Made by a program: the position numbers and the translations under genes. From Azolla caroliniana (lineage: Eukaryota; Plantae; Polypodiophyta), in assembly GCA_043228905.1 (NCBI GenBank), contig JBHGNT010000014.1:14074001-14138000 (forward strand): a stretch of 64,000 nucleotides of DNA, read 5' to 3'. Below, piece after piece: positions 25,301 through 36,690 of this stretch. The stretch's first letter is position 1. Every line of letters starts with the position of its first letter. The notes below the pieces were generated by a model. It was not told the DNA's origin, did no database searches, and saw only the letters and a list, made by a program, of their open reading frames with translations.

Positions 25301-26461
25301 CTTCGGCAATTCCTTTGCAACATTTACCGGTCGGGGCTTGTCTGCTGTGCCAAGGTCCACCTCCTCGAGTTGGGATGCTTTTACCCTCTGGGATATCGTC
25401 ATTTCCCTCTCTAGGGATTCCTGTGCTTGTTGCAGTTCCCGGATCGCCGCTTGGTCCGGTTCTTCCGGCGTCGTAATGTACGGTTCTACTACCGCCGTGA
25501 TATCCACCTCAAATAGTGGGACGATTCGTAGGTGTTCCTCGAGGTACCGCTCGACTTCCTCGTCCGGTAATCCCTCCAACATATTAATGCTTTCCGCATA
25601 CAATGGAGTTGTTTCCTTACTGGTGATCACCCGTGGTTGCGTCGTTACTCGTACCTTTGTTTTCCCTCGCCGGAATGTGATCATGTTCTTTTGCCAGTTC
25701 TGCTTGATATGCGCCGTTCGCAGCCATGGTCGTCCTAGCAGTAGGGGGTACGCCCCTTGTACATTCAACTGCAGCACCACGGCCGATATCCGGAATACGT
25801 GGCCTCCGATCGTTATTTCCAAATCCCGGATAAGCCCGGTCGGTCGGACTGAGCTAGTATCCGCCATGCGTAACCAGAAGGGGCATGGTTCTCATTCCCG
25901 GATGCCCAGGTCGTTGCATGTCTGTTGGCTGATGACATTTACCCCGGAGCCTCCGTTAATAATCGTTCCAGCAATTTCCTTTCCTTTCACGATTGTCGTG
26001 ATCGCCGGGCTACTTGTATCGACCACCGCTGGTCCTTCCTCCGGGTTGGAGAAGAATGCCGGTGCTGGCGTCGGCTTCGGTTTGCTGACGGATGCCTGTA
26101 GGTCTGCCGTAAATCGTGGCACTAACTGTAGTAGTCGTGCTAACGGCAGCACGATTTGACAGTCCTGTAGCGCTTGCCACGTCGGGTTTTCTCCTGGCTG
26201 TATGATTTCTTCGTCTTTTGGCATATTTTGGTCTCTTACTTCTGCCGCATTCTGTTCATTGACCTCCTTGATCCATTGTGTCGCTTGTTTTCTGATTGCC
26301 TCCTGGGCTTCCCACTCGGCGGTCTTTCCCTTTGACCCGGTTGTGACCTGCTGTACTTCTGTTATTTCGGTTGTAACCATGTTGACTTCCGGCTGCTTGT
26401 CATAGCTTTTGCTTGGGCATTGGTTACTATAGTGGCCTTCCTTGCGGCAGTAATAACAGTA
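22367..26461 (-). pseudogene. Element C gag C-terminus plus pol (PR-RT-RH-INT), a few stops and a frameshift
   Basis: CYYCRKEGHYSNQC, IINGGSGVNVIS, VFLDDFAVY, FHVFVDAS, DEFPD linker, KWGLDFVGP, KLRFRWTGPF. Confidence 0.95.
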
Positions 26462-27069
26462 TGTAAGGAATAGACGCTTCTATTCACCTTCACCGCTCGG
26501 CCACAACCGAGTAAGCGCGAATCGATGGAGCAGAAAATAGGAACCACACAGAGAAACAAAACGCGAGTACACAGGGATTAACGTGGAAAACCCTATACGG
26601 GAAAAAACACGGGAGTACAAGACTCCAAACCAACACTATACAGAGAAGTATACAATGGCGAGCTGCAAGGCGACGACCTTGAGCTCGCTGTCCTCGCCAC
26701 AGGCGGCGGAAATACACAGAGGCGTCTACCTCTTCCTCTCTCGCGCTCTATCTCTCTCTCTCTCACGGCTGCTTACACTTCACTCCTCTTGAGTGGAAAA
26801 ACAGAAAAATGAGAAGCAACTACTAAACTATTTGCCCTAAGTCATATTTATACTTATATGACTTTGGGCTATTTACAACTGTAGCCTCAGGGGCCCATAG
26901 CGAACATATTCACGGATATGTCCCTGCATCCGGATCGCTCTCCGGGTACATTCGTCATCCGGAACCGAAACCGGGGTCTTCGTCATCCGGATCCGAAACC
27001 GAAACCGGGCTTGTCGGCATTCATCTCCGATATCCGACCATCCCATGCGAAGGGACCGTAATCCCAACA
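26462..27069 (-). repeat. Element D 3' LTR
   Basis: Direct repeat of 31186-31793. Confidence 0.97.
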
Positions 27070-27071
27070 AA

Positions 27072-27086
27072 CTCCCCCTTCACTTC
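27072..27086 (-). promoter_or_regulatory. Element D polypurine tract
   Basis: GAAGTGAAGGGGGAG 2 nt upstream of the 3' LTR. Confidence 0.9.
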
Positions 27087-30000
27087 GGCATGGGATGTCT
27101 CTCCAATCCGATCCTCTTCCGGCATGCTTCCAGCTTGTCGGGTGTGAGGACCTTGGTCAGCATATCCGACCCGTTCTCGTCCGTGTGGATCTTCGTCAAC
27201 ACGAACTCCTTGTCTTCTATCCTTTCCCGGATCCAGTGATATCTTTGCTGGATGTGCTTCGTCCGGGAGTGATAGGCCGCGTTCTTCGCAAGGTGGATTG
27301 CACTCTGACTGTCGCAGTAGAGTCGGTACTCCTCCTGTCGGATACCGAGCTCTCTAATGAAGTCCTTCATCCATATTATTTCCTTGCCGGCTTCAACAGC
27401 CGCCATGTACTCCGCCTCCGTGGTTGACAGCGCAACCGTCTTCTGCAGCCTCGACTGCCATGAAACAGCTCCCCCTGCATACGTCATCACATACCCTGAT
27501 GTGGACCGGCTGGTATCTGCATCAACCGACATATCCGAATCGGTGAAGCCGTCGAGTTCGGGCTTACCGGAGCCGAATCGGAGGCACACGTTTGCCGTGC
27601 CCTTCAGGTATCAGAGTATCCACTTGGCCGCGTTCCAATGCTCTTTGCCGGGATTGCTCATGTACCGGCTCACCACTCCGACTGCATGTCCGATGTCCGG
27701 TCTCGTACACACCATGGCGTACATCAAGCTCCCGACGGCTGAGGCATACGGCACTTTCATCATATCCTCCTTTTCAGCCTTTGTCTTGGGGCTTTGCTTG
27801 CTGGACAGCTTGCAGTTTGTCGGGAGGGTCGATCCGACCGGTCTTGCTTCCGACATGTTGAACCGGTGAAGCACCTTCGTCACGTACTTCTCCTGTGACA
27901 GCCACAACTGCTTCTTGCTCCGGTCCCGGATGATGTGCATCCCTAGTATTTGTCTCGCCGGACCCAGGTCCTTCATTGAGAAGGTTCGGTGAAGAGCCTT
28001 CTTCAGCATCCGGATCTTGACCTGGTCCCGTCCGACGATCAACATGTCGTCCACGTACAGGAGGAGTATTAGAAAGTCTCCTCCTTCGAACTTCTTCACA
28101 AACACGCAGTGATCGGACTGCGTTTTGAGGTACCCTTCGTCGGTCATGAAGGAGTCGAACTTCCGGTACCATTGCCGGGGAGCCTGCTTCAGTCCGTAAA
28201 GGCTCTTCTTCAACCGGCATACCAGGTGCTCCTTCCGTTTCTTCTCGAATCCTTCCGGTTGCTGCATGTAGATCTCTTCATCGAGGTCGCCGTGAAGGAA
28301 TGCCGTCTTCACGTCCATCTGTTCTACCTCGAGGTCCATGCTTGCCGCTATGCTCAGCACCGTCCGGATGGAGGTCATCTTCACTACCGGGGCAAATATC
28401 TCGTCGAAGTCGACTCCCTTCTTCTGCTGAAACCCCTTCACCACGATCCTGGCTTTGTATCTCGGGGGGTTTCCGGCATCTCCCGGTTTCAGCTTGAACA
28501 CCCACTTGTTTCGAAGTGCCCGCTTTCCTTTCGGCAACTCCACAAGTTCATATGTGTGGTTCTCATGCAGGGAATCCATCTCGTCCTGCATGGCACTCAA
28601 CCACCTGCGGCTCTGGGTGTCATGTTTTGCTTCCTCAAAGCTCTCCGGCTCCCCCTCGTCGGTTAGCAACACGTGCTCTGGTTCCGGAAATCTCCGGGGG
28701 GCCCTTCTCTCTCTTTGAGGGTATCTCCGTTTCGGAGCTTCGGTAACCGGTTCTTCCGATTCTTCTTCTTCATCCGAATCCATTTCGGGATCGGGGCCGG
28801 TTCCGGTATCATTTTCATCTTCTTCGGCCGGTTCTGTTTCTTCACCGTCTTCGGCCGGGTCCTCGAGTGCTAACCGGTCCCTTGCCGGTCGGGACTGCTC
28901 CTCGTGGAGTTTATCCTCACCGGTCGACTTGGAGCTCTTCATCTTCTTCTCCGACTCCCAGTCGGCGAGTGTCTTGTCCTCCATAAAGACGATATCTCGA
29001 CTCCTGAATATCTTCTTGTCGACCGGGTCCCATACTCGGTAGCCGAACTCGTCGTCGCCGTAACCGAGGAATATGCATGGCCGGGTCTTCGGATCTAGCT
29101 TTCCTCTCCGGTCCTTCGCCACGTGCACGTATGCGAGACACCCGAACACCTTCAGATGCCGGTAGGATACTTCCCTACCGGTCCACACTCTCTGCGGCGT
29201 GTCTCCGTCCAAAGGTACTGAGGGTGATCGGTTTATCACATATGTCGCCGTCGACATTGCCTCAGCCCAAAACCCCTTGGGTAATTTCGCATGTGCCAGC
29301 ATACTCCGAACCCTCTCCATTATGGTCCGGTTCATCCTCTCGGCCAGCCCGTTCAGTTCCGGCGTCTTCGGCACAGTAAACTCGAGCCGGATTCCCTTCG
29401 AGCGATAGTACTCCTGGAACTGCCCCCGGTATTCCCCTCCGTTATCCGCTCGTATCGCTTTCAGCTTCTTGCCGGATTCCCTTTCCACTCTCGCGTGGAG
29501 TTCTTTGAAGACGCACAGCACTTGGTCCTTTGTCTTCAACGGTGCCGTCCACAGTCTTCGGCTGTGATCATCTATGAAAGTTACGAAGTACTGGGCTCCG
29601 CCATGTGACTTCGTTTCTACCTGACACACGTCGGTGTGCACCAACTCCAATGGTGCGCTACGTCTCGTCGGTGGCCTTGAGTGGAAGGAGGTTCGGTTCT
29701 GCTTACCGGCCAGGCAGTCGGTGCACTTCTCCAGGTGCACATGCTTCACCGGAATAAGGTTGTCTTCTGCAAGCCTCTTCATCCCCTTCTCACTCATGTG
29801 GCACAGTCTTTTGTGCCACAGCTCACCGGCAGTGTCGGCTGCCACATTCAGCTCTTCCGGACATAACCGGGCATTCATCAGGTACAGTGTGTTGACCTTC
29901 CGGGCCCGAGCCACTATCAAGCTCCCCTTGCTGAACTTCATGACACCGTTCCGGATGCTACCCGTGTAGCCTTCATCATCTAGCCTCCCGGCCGAAATCA

Positions 30001-31156
30001 GGTTCAGTCGGACCTCCGGAACGTGTCGGACATTCTTCAGCAGCATTTTGCATCCGGTCGGGGTTGTCAACCACACGTCTCCTATGCCGGCAATCCGGCA
30101 CGTACCTTCGTTTCCCATCCGAACACAGCCATGCTCGCCGGCTGTGTAGGATGAGAAGTATCTTCTCTCCGGGGTCAGGTGGAACGATGCTCCGGAATCG
30201 ACCACCCAGGTCGTCTCATCGCCGGCAATGTTTAGTTCACCTTCTTCGGTGATGAGCATGATCTCCTCTTCACTTGCCGCGAGTGCCGTCGTTCTTTTCC
30301 GGTCCTGTCCTCGCCGATCCGAACCATTCCGGTCCGTGGCTCCCCGGTATGCACCGTTTCTCTCCGGTGACTTCTTCGAATCGGTGTTGTCGGTTCCATT
30401 GTCTTTTCGGTAATGCCGACAATTCTTTCGGAAGTGCCCCGGCTTCCCACAGTGGAAGCATGTGGGCCTTCCTCTTGACTGCGACCGGGTCCCCGACTTC
30501 TCCCGTCTTTGCGGACTCCGGTTCCATTGTCTTCCCCGATCCGATTCGGTAAACAACATCTTCGGGTCGGAGGCCGGTTCCTTATCTCTCCGACGCGCTT
30601 CTTCATTCAAAATACTTGTCTTTACCGTCTGTAAGGACAAGTTATCTTCGGTGCAGGAGGTGCTGAGAGTCACCACCAAGTTCTCCCAGCTTTCTGGCAA
30701 TGTACACATCAGGATGATGGCTTGCATTGCATCCTCCAACGGGAACTTAATCGCCGCAAGCTGGTTCACGAATCCCATGAACGTGCTTACGTGTTCAACC
30801 ATACTCTCGCCGTCCCGGTACTTGAGGTTCACTATCTTCCTCATCAGGGAGGTCCGGTTCAACGCATTCTTCCTCTCGTAGAGGCCCGACAGCTTCTTCC
30901 ACATCTCATATGCGTTGGTGTCGTTCGCCACATGTTGTAGGACGCTTACATCGACATATTGTCGGATCGTCGCTACGGCTTTCCGGTTCAGGAGCTTCCA
31001 CTCCGACTCAAGTACCCCCTTCGGTATTTCCGACCTGTCAATCGGTTCGTACAGGTCCCGAACAATCAGAAGATCCTCCATCTTGATCTTCCAGTCGGCG
31101 TAATTCTGTGCATTCAGCACCATCATCCCCGGCTGCCCGCTGCCGCCGCCTTCCAT
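27080..31156 (-). pseudogene. Element D gag-pol polyprotein (Gag-PR-INT-RT-RH) with a single nonsense codon at 27611
   Basis: CFHCGKPGHFRKNC, WVVDSGAS, LWHKRLCH..C..C, LELVHTD, LLLYVDDML, GFTDSD; ORFs 27611-31165 and 27080-27589 are in frame across WIL*YLKGT. Confidence 0.95.
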
Positions 31157-31170
31157 TTTCTGCAACAGTC

Positions 31171-31182
31171 GCTCTGATACCA
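31171..31182 (-). promoter_or_regulatory. Element D PBS, tRNA-iMet
   Basis: TGGTATCAGAGC 3 nt after the 5' LTR. Confidence 0.95.
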
Positions 31183-31185
31183 GTT

Positions 31186-31793
31186 TGTAAGGAATAGACG
31201 CTTCTATTCACCTTCACCGCTCGGCCACAACCGAGTAAGCGCGAATCGATGGAGCAGAAAATAGGAACCACAAAGAGAAACAAAACGCGAGTACACAGGG
31301 ATTAACGTGGAAAACCCTATACGGGAAAAACCACGGGAGTACAAGACTCCAAACCAACACTATACAGAGAAGTATACAATGGCGAGCTGCAAGGCGACGA
31401 CCTTGAGCTCGCTGTCCTCGCCACAGGCGGCGGAAATACACAGAGGCGTCTACCTCTTCCTCTCTCGCGCTCTATCTCTCTCTCTCTCACGGCTGCTTAC
31501 ACTTCACTCCTCTTGAGTGGAAAAACAGAAAAATGAGAAGCAACTACTAAACTATTTGCCCTAAGTCATATTTATACTTATATGACTTTGGGCTATTTAC
31601 AACTGTAGCCTCAGGGGCCCATAGCGAACATATTCACGGATATGTCCTTGCATCCGGATCGCTCTCCGGGTACATTCGTCATCCGGAACCGAAACCGGGG
31701 TCTTCGTCATCCGGATCCGAAACCGAAACCGGGCTTGTCGGCATTCATCTCCGATATCCGACCATCCCATGCGAAGGGACCGTAATCCCAACA
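31186..31793 (-). repeat. Element D 5' LTR
   Basis: Direct repeat of 26462-27069. Confidence 0.97.
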
Positions 31794-33601
31794 CAGTACA
31801 CCTTGTGACTGTTGCTTGTTTCTGTTTTGTTCCCGGTTTGGAGGGTGGGTATGTCCCGGCGGTCGTCTTCGGTTTTTCGGTTATCCGGTACCGATACCGG
31901 GTTGTCATTCCTTGCTGCCTCCCGACGTTCCTCTCTTCGGAAAAATCCACGCTTCTGATTCCGTCGGAAATTTCGGTTCCCTTGTCGCCTCTCTTCTTTG
32001 CGTCGGTCGTATTCCGGGGCTTCGTTTCGGTCGTACCGGTCCCGAGGGTAGCTATCTTTGCGTCTCTCCTCTCGGTCATAGTTGTCGCGTCTTGTATCAG
32101 CGTATCCTTGTCGCCTCTCTTCTCTGCGTCAGTCGTCTTCCGGGGATTCGTCTCTGTCGTACCGGTCCCGGGGGTAGCTATCTCTGCGTCTCTCCTCTCG
32201 GTCATAGTTGTCGCGTCTTCTATCAGCGTATCTGTTACCGCGTTCGCGTTGGTAGCGGTCGTCTCTCCGGAATCGATCCTCGTCCGGGTTCTGATTGCGC
32301 GGTTCTATGTGTCGAACCGGTGCTGCCTGCCGATTTAACAGGTTATATTCGCATCGGTCCGTTGTATGGGCTCGAGAGTTGCAGATCACACATTGTGTCC
32401 GCAGGGTGCAGTCCACTGTTGAGTGTCCCGAATTTAGGCATGTTGTGCATTGTAAGGCCTATCGGAACCTCAGGTCTTCCTCCTTTGGGAGTGCCCGGTG
32501 TAACATCCCCATCGACAAGAAGGGGCTAGTCTTGTCCATTTCTAAAACCCGATCAATAACTTGGTCCATTGTGCTGGTTTGGAAATCAAGGACTCCGCAC
32601 ATTGTTCGAAGTGGCTCTTTCAGTGCGGCCAGAAAGACTGCTTTGGGTTCGTCTTCGGGTGGTGCTCTTGTCAGTTGGCTGTGCAGGGTCTGGAACCGAA
32701 TGATGAATTGTGGCATAGTCTCGTTCTCTTCCTGCCAGGTGGTGTAGAACTGCCCGACCAATTCCCTTTGCTCAAATTGTCTGTGAAAAAACCTGAGGAA
32801 TCTGGCCTTCAAGGCATCGAATGTGGTGAAGGTGCCTGGTAAGTGCTTTGCGTGCCATTGGGCCGCCGGCCCTTCTAAGGTTATGCCGAATTCGGCGATT
32901 TTGGATCGTTCGGCTTCGGGCTCCGTCAGTCTTTGAGAGACATGGTTGGCTTCCCATGTTTGGAGGAATGCGTACACGTGTGCCTCCGCGTCGACCTCAT
33001 CCCGGTACTTTGGGTATGGGTACGGCATCGTGTCGTCCAACTGACTCTCCTGTTCCCTCCGCTCTCTGTCCGCTGTTGGCGTTGGTGTGAGAACCTTTGG
33101 TTCCTCCGTGGGTGTTGCCGGTGTCCGGTCCGTTGGTTCCTCCGCGGGTGTTGTCGGTATCCGCTCAGCCTTCCTCGGCGGTTGCCGATCACCGAATTCC
33201 AGGGTTATTTCTTCCTCTGGCGCCGGTGCTACTGAGTTGTCCGACCCCTCGTCCTCCCGGTCGTTTGGTGTGTCGTGGCTGCTTTTATACCAGGATGCAA
33301 CGCTTCCGTCGCTTTCCGACTCCGCCTCAAGTGTTGCGAATGCTTCTGAGTCCCCGTCGCCCGCGGCGAGCGTCTGCAGTATCGTTTCCGCCTCTTGCAG
33401 GCTTGTTATGCTACTGCCTTCGTCGGGGATTTGCAGAACCCGGAACTGCAGTGCTTCTTCTGCGACTCTCCGAAGAGTTTTGGAGAATGACCGATCCCGC
33501 CGGATCTCGTCGACGGCTTGCTGCAGGGCTTCCCGTCGTTGCTCGCGTTCGGTGTATCGTCTCCCTCGTTCGGTGATGTGGTCGTCGTTTGGTCTAGACA
33601 T
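31794..33601 (-). pseudogene. Element C gag N-terminal part (capsid, two CCHC knuckles, Arg/Asp repeat)
   Basis: Single frame from ATG 33601 with stops at 32459 and 32129; CTTCLNSGHSTVDC and CVICNSRAHTTDRC; the frame continues into 26456 once D is removed. Confidence 0.9.
31979..32232. repeat. 126-bp tandem duplication in the C gag encoding an Arg/Asp/Tyr-rich repeat
   Basis: CTCTCCTCTCGGTCATAGTTGTCGCGTCT recurs with period 126 (32074 and 32200). Confidence 0.85.
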
Positions 33602-33637
33602 CCATCCCCCGATTGTCCTCTGCACTTTGCAGGAATC

Positions 33638-33647
33638 GTGGTCGCCA
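33638..33647 (-). promoter_or_regulatory. Element C canonical PBS, tRNA-Arg(UCG) type
   Basis: TGGCGACCAC 6 nt after the 5' LTR; complements ...GTGGTCGCCA (recalled plant tRNA-Arg(UCG) 3' end). Confidence 0.65.
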
Positions 33648-33653
33648 AAATAG

Positions 33654-34043
33654 TGTTGTCTGTCTGGCCGGACTAGCCTCAACACAGGTGTCTATCCGAC
33701 ACTTCTCCAAAGGGGTGGTAAGGATTGGATGCTAGGTTACACGCATAAGATGATTACAATTAAGCACGGACGGCAAACAATACGAGATACAGATAAATAC
33801 GCAATAATTACTATTGTATTACTTCCGTCAAAACACTTTACAAATCATCGGATCCTTTTATAGGCATCCGGCAAGGTTACAATCGGTGCGCTTAGGCAAC
33901 CGACATCCGAATCGGTCCGGATCCGGATCGGTACAACTGTACCGGATCCGTCCCTCCGAATAATAATTCTACTATTATTTACTTCCTATTATCCGATCCG
34001 ATTCCGCCTTCCCACTTGTCCTTGCTCTTCTGACCGGCCAACA
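33654..34043 (-). repeat. Element C 5' LTR
   Basis: Direct repeat of 18594-18983. Confidence 0.96.
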
Positions 34044-34048
34044 CACGT

Positions 34049-34716
34049 CACCCTACCATCCGCAAACGAATGGGTTGACGGAGCGCCTCAATCGAACCTT
34101 AAAACAACAAATCTCAGCCTACATCGACCCGCTGCACTCAACCTGGGACCGAATCTTGCCCTTCGTTACGCATGCCTACAACACAACTGTGCAAGCCTCT
34201 ACCCGCATTAGCCCATTTCGGGCCCTTTACGGAAGGGACCCGCGCTTACCCCCAGAAGTGGCAGTCCCGCAACCAACCACACGACTCCACGCTGACGCAA
34301 TGTCTTGGTGGTCCCACCTACAACAACTCCAGCCCCTCCTCCGCAAAGCCATCACGAGCAACCTGCACCAGGCACAACTACGCCAAAAACGACAACACGA
34401 TATAGGCCGTGTCGACCATCAATACCACGTCGGTGACAAAGTCCTCGTCTACTTCCCCATCCGTCGTCGCGGTCTCAGCGAATCGCTCATGCACCGATGG
34501 ATCGGTCCCTTCGAAGTTCAAAAGCAGATACGCGACACTACATACCTGCTCCGCCGCGCCTCCAACAACCGCTCTACCTTTGCTCACCAGTCTCGCATGA
34601 AGCCCTTCCATCAACTACCACCGCCCCCGCCCACACTCATGCCTACGCCCACGCCCGTGTCATCCCCCCATCTGGAACCGTCGTCCACGCCTCGTCGTGC
34701 TTCGACTGCACAGTAA
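34049..34716 (+). CDS. Element B pol, 3' part (end of integrase core plus GPY/F region)
   Basis: SPYHPQTNGLTERLN...SPFRALYGR...HRWIGPF; in frame with 15977-18593 after removing C and one TSD copy. Confidence 0.93.
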
Positions 34717-34728
34717 CGTTTTTTTTAC

Positions 34729-34737
34729 AAGGGGGAA
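34729..34737 (+). promoter_or_regulatory. Element B polypurine tract
   Basis: T-run followed by AAGGGGGAA 1 nt before the 3' LTR. Confidence 0.85.
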
Positions 34738-34738
34738 T

Positions 34739-34981
34739 TGTGGTGGTCACATGGACCACACCTAGATTAGGCCCCTACCAAGCCCCATGCACCACACATA
34801 GACCACACCCAAATTACGCCCCTACCAAGCCTCATGCACCACACCCAAACTAGGCCCCCACCAAGCCCCATAATTAGTAGAGCTAATTGGAGCGGGAGAA
34901 CACCCTCCACGCTAAGAGAGAGTCTATAAAATGTAACTTGAGACATAATGAAAGAAGGGCTATTCTTGAGAGCATTTCACA
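34739..34981 (+). repeat. Element B 3' LTR
   Basis: Direct repeat of 14711-14953. Confidence 0.95.
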
Positions 34982-36344
34982 ATATTATATGTGTGGTATA
35001 TCCTAGTTGTATAACATGTGTGTATGTATCTATGTGTTATGTGTGTAGGGGCTCGTGTCTATTTGCACCTAATTCATAGATATTCTTTTACTAATAAAGA
35101 CTCAAGAATTCATTATTTGGTTTGATAGTTATTCTATATTTAAACTTTATGAAATTTCATCAACAATCATCATGAATACCCCATCACTATAAGAAGTTCC
35201 TTCAAATGCTCAATAACTTCTCACATCACAACCTTATTTAACGAGGAAGAGATTAATATATGACTGTTTCAATATGTGAAGCTTATCAAGCATATATGTG
35301 CTACATGGGTCAAGCTACATTTACCATACATATCAATCACACTATTGACAATACAACATCTCTTTCTAATACACATTTTCCTTAGATTATATAGTTTGCA
35401 ACAAACAAACACATGCAAAACCAACTTGCTATAATAATGACATACCTACGGTTCAAATAATGTTTCAAACAAACAATAATTCATTAGATGAGAGGAAAGT
35501 AATATATTACAACACATGCAATGATTTATTTATCAATCTCCTTCCTTTACAACAAGTAGAAATGAGGACCTTGCATTCTCCTAATGATGTAGCACCACGA
35601 AAGATGAATACAATGTTAGGTGATAATAAAAATCCACAGACACGGTTAATGAAGATTAAAGTGGGTGGGATTCGATGAATAAACACCCACTTGGCTTTAG
35701 AAATGTTCCTAATAAATGTCAACCTCCAAATCCAAAAAGCCATGAAAGGGATGAAGACCATCCATACTTATAAAACAAAAGGCAATCATAGGAAGAAATG
35801 CATGCTTCGACCTCCCTTGATAGTTAACCTCAAAACAAACTCATAGTATGAGAGCCTTGATGGTGCATTCTTAGCATAACTGCACACCAAAATAAAAATT
35901 ACTTAGATGTGAAGCCTAGTCTCAAGTATTGAAAGCTCCATATCCTTAAATACAAAGATATCATATAGAAAAACAATTAAGCACAACGAGTCTTTGATAA
36001 AGATATCCAATTAACTCAACATCTCCATGACCACACATAGTATATGAATATTTGTTGGTGTGCTCTCTTATAAATAGCCCATTATTTTTCTTCCATTTGA
36101 AATAATGAAAAGAAAACAAATATTTGAAGAAAAAACTTCAAACAAAATGGGACAAAACTCCCATATTAGTTAAAAAGGAGTTTTAAGAGAAAAAATTTGG
36201 AATAAGCAAAATATCATCTCCCTCTACACTTTCCTTTCCAACCATTTCATTCTTATTTTTGCATACTTCTCTAATAGAAACCCCTAGTCATAATAATAAA
36301 TTTTTTCGTCTTTTTGTTTCACTTTGACAATAACTCATCATGAG

Positions 36345-36690
36345 CTCCCCATGAGGCTTCTGAAGACCAAAAGAACTCTTCTTGCCTGTGAAATGACAAT
36401 GGCAAATACACAAATTAACATGGAAAAAAAGAACATGAGATGGAATGCTACCTATGCATTTGTGCATGCATACAAATAGACAGATACAAACACAACCATG
36501 CATATGCAAATACACATGCACACATATGAATATGGTAAAAAATTGATATGGTACTAAACCAATAACCCTCGAAAAGTGGTTTGGATCCTAATGGCCACAA
36601 ATTCTCGCCTCCTTATTGCTCATCCTACACATCCTTGCTTGCCAAAGGAGGGCCACTTCGAAGAGGTCAATCACACTCATGGCTCCTTCT
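36345..36690 (-). pseudogene. IQD: IQ67-domain (IQD) gene fragment: two partial exons and the conserved intron
   Basis: REFVAIRIQTTFRGLL|GT...CAG|ARRVLLVFRSLM versus consensus EWAAIRIQTAFRGFL|ARRALRALKGLV; phase-0 intron at 36386-36559. Confidence 0.7.

Larger units (their letters stand above)
26462..31793 (-). mobile_element. Element D: near-intact Ty1/Copia (Tnt1/Tork-like) inserted in the C gag
   Basis: 608-bp LTRs at 26462-27069 and 31186-31793 (~3 mismatches); TSD CAGTA; PBS TGGTATCAGAGC; PPT GAAGTGAAGGGGGAG. Confidence 0.97.
18594..34043 (-). mobile_element. Element C: non-chromoviral Ty3/Gypsy related to A, inserted in the B integrase
   Basis: 390-bp LTRs at 18594-18983 and 33654-34043 (6 mismatches, 4 at CpG); TSD CACGT at 18589-18593 and 34044-34048; removing C restores LFTSPYHPQTNGLTER in B. 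Confidence 0.97.
14711..34981 (+). mobile_element. Element B: Ty3/Gypsy LTR retrotransposon without chromodomain, host of the C/D nest
   Basis: 243-bp LTRs at 14711-14953 and 34739-34981 (1 mismatch); apparent 4-bp TSD ATAT; PBS, gag, pol and PPT all present. Confidence 0.95.

Noticed and set aside
25230-26159. 309-aa plus-strand ORF and similar antisense ORFs over C and D
   Set aside because: Shadow ORFs of GC-rich coding strands; no motifs, and not conserved as a long ORF in A.
35507-35761. 84-aa ORF as a captured gene
   Set aside because: No recognisable family motif in the frames I checked; cannot be supported without a search.
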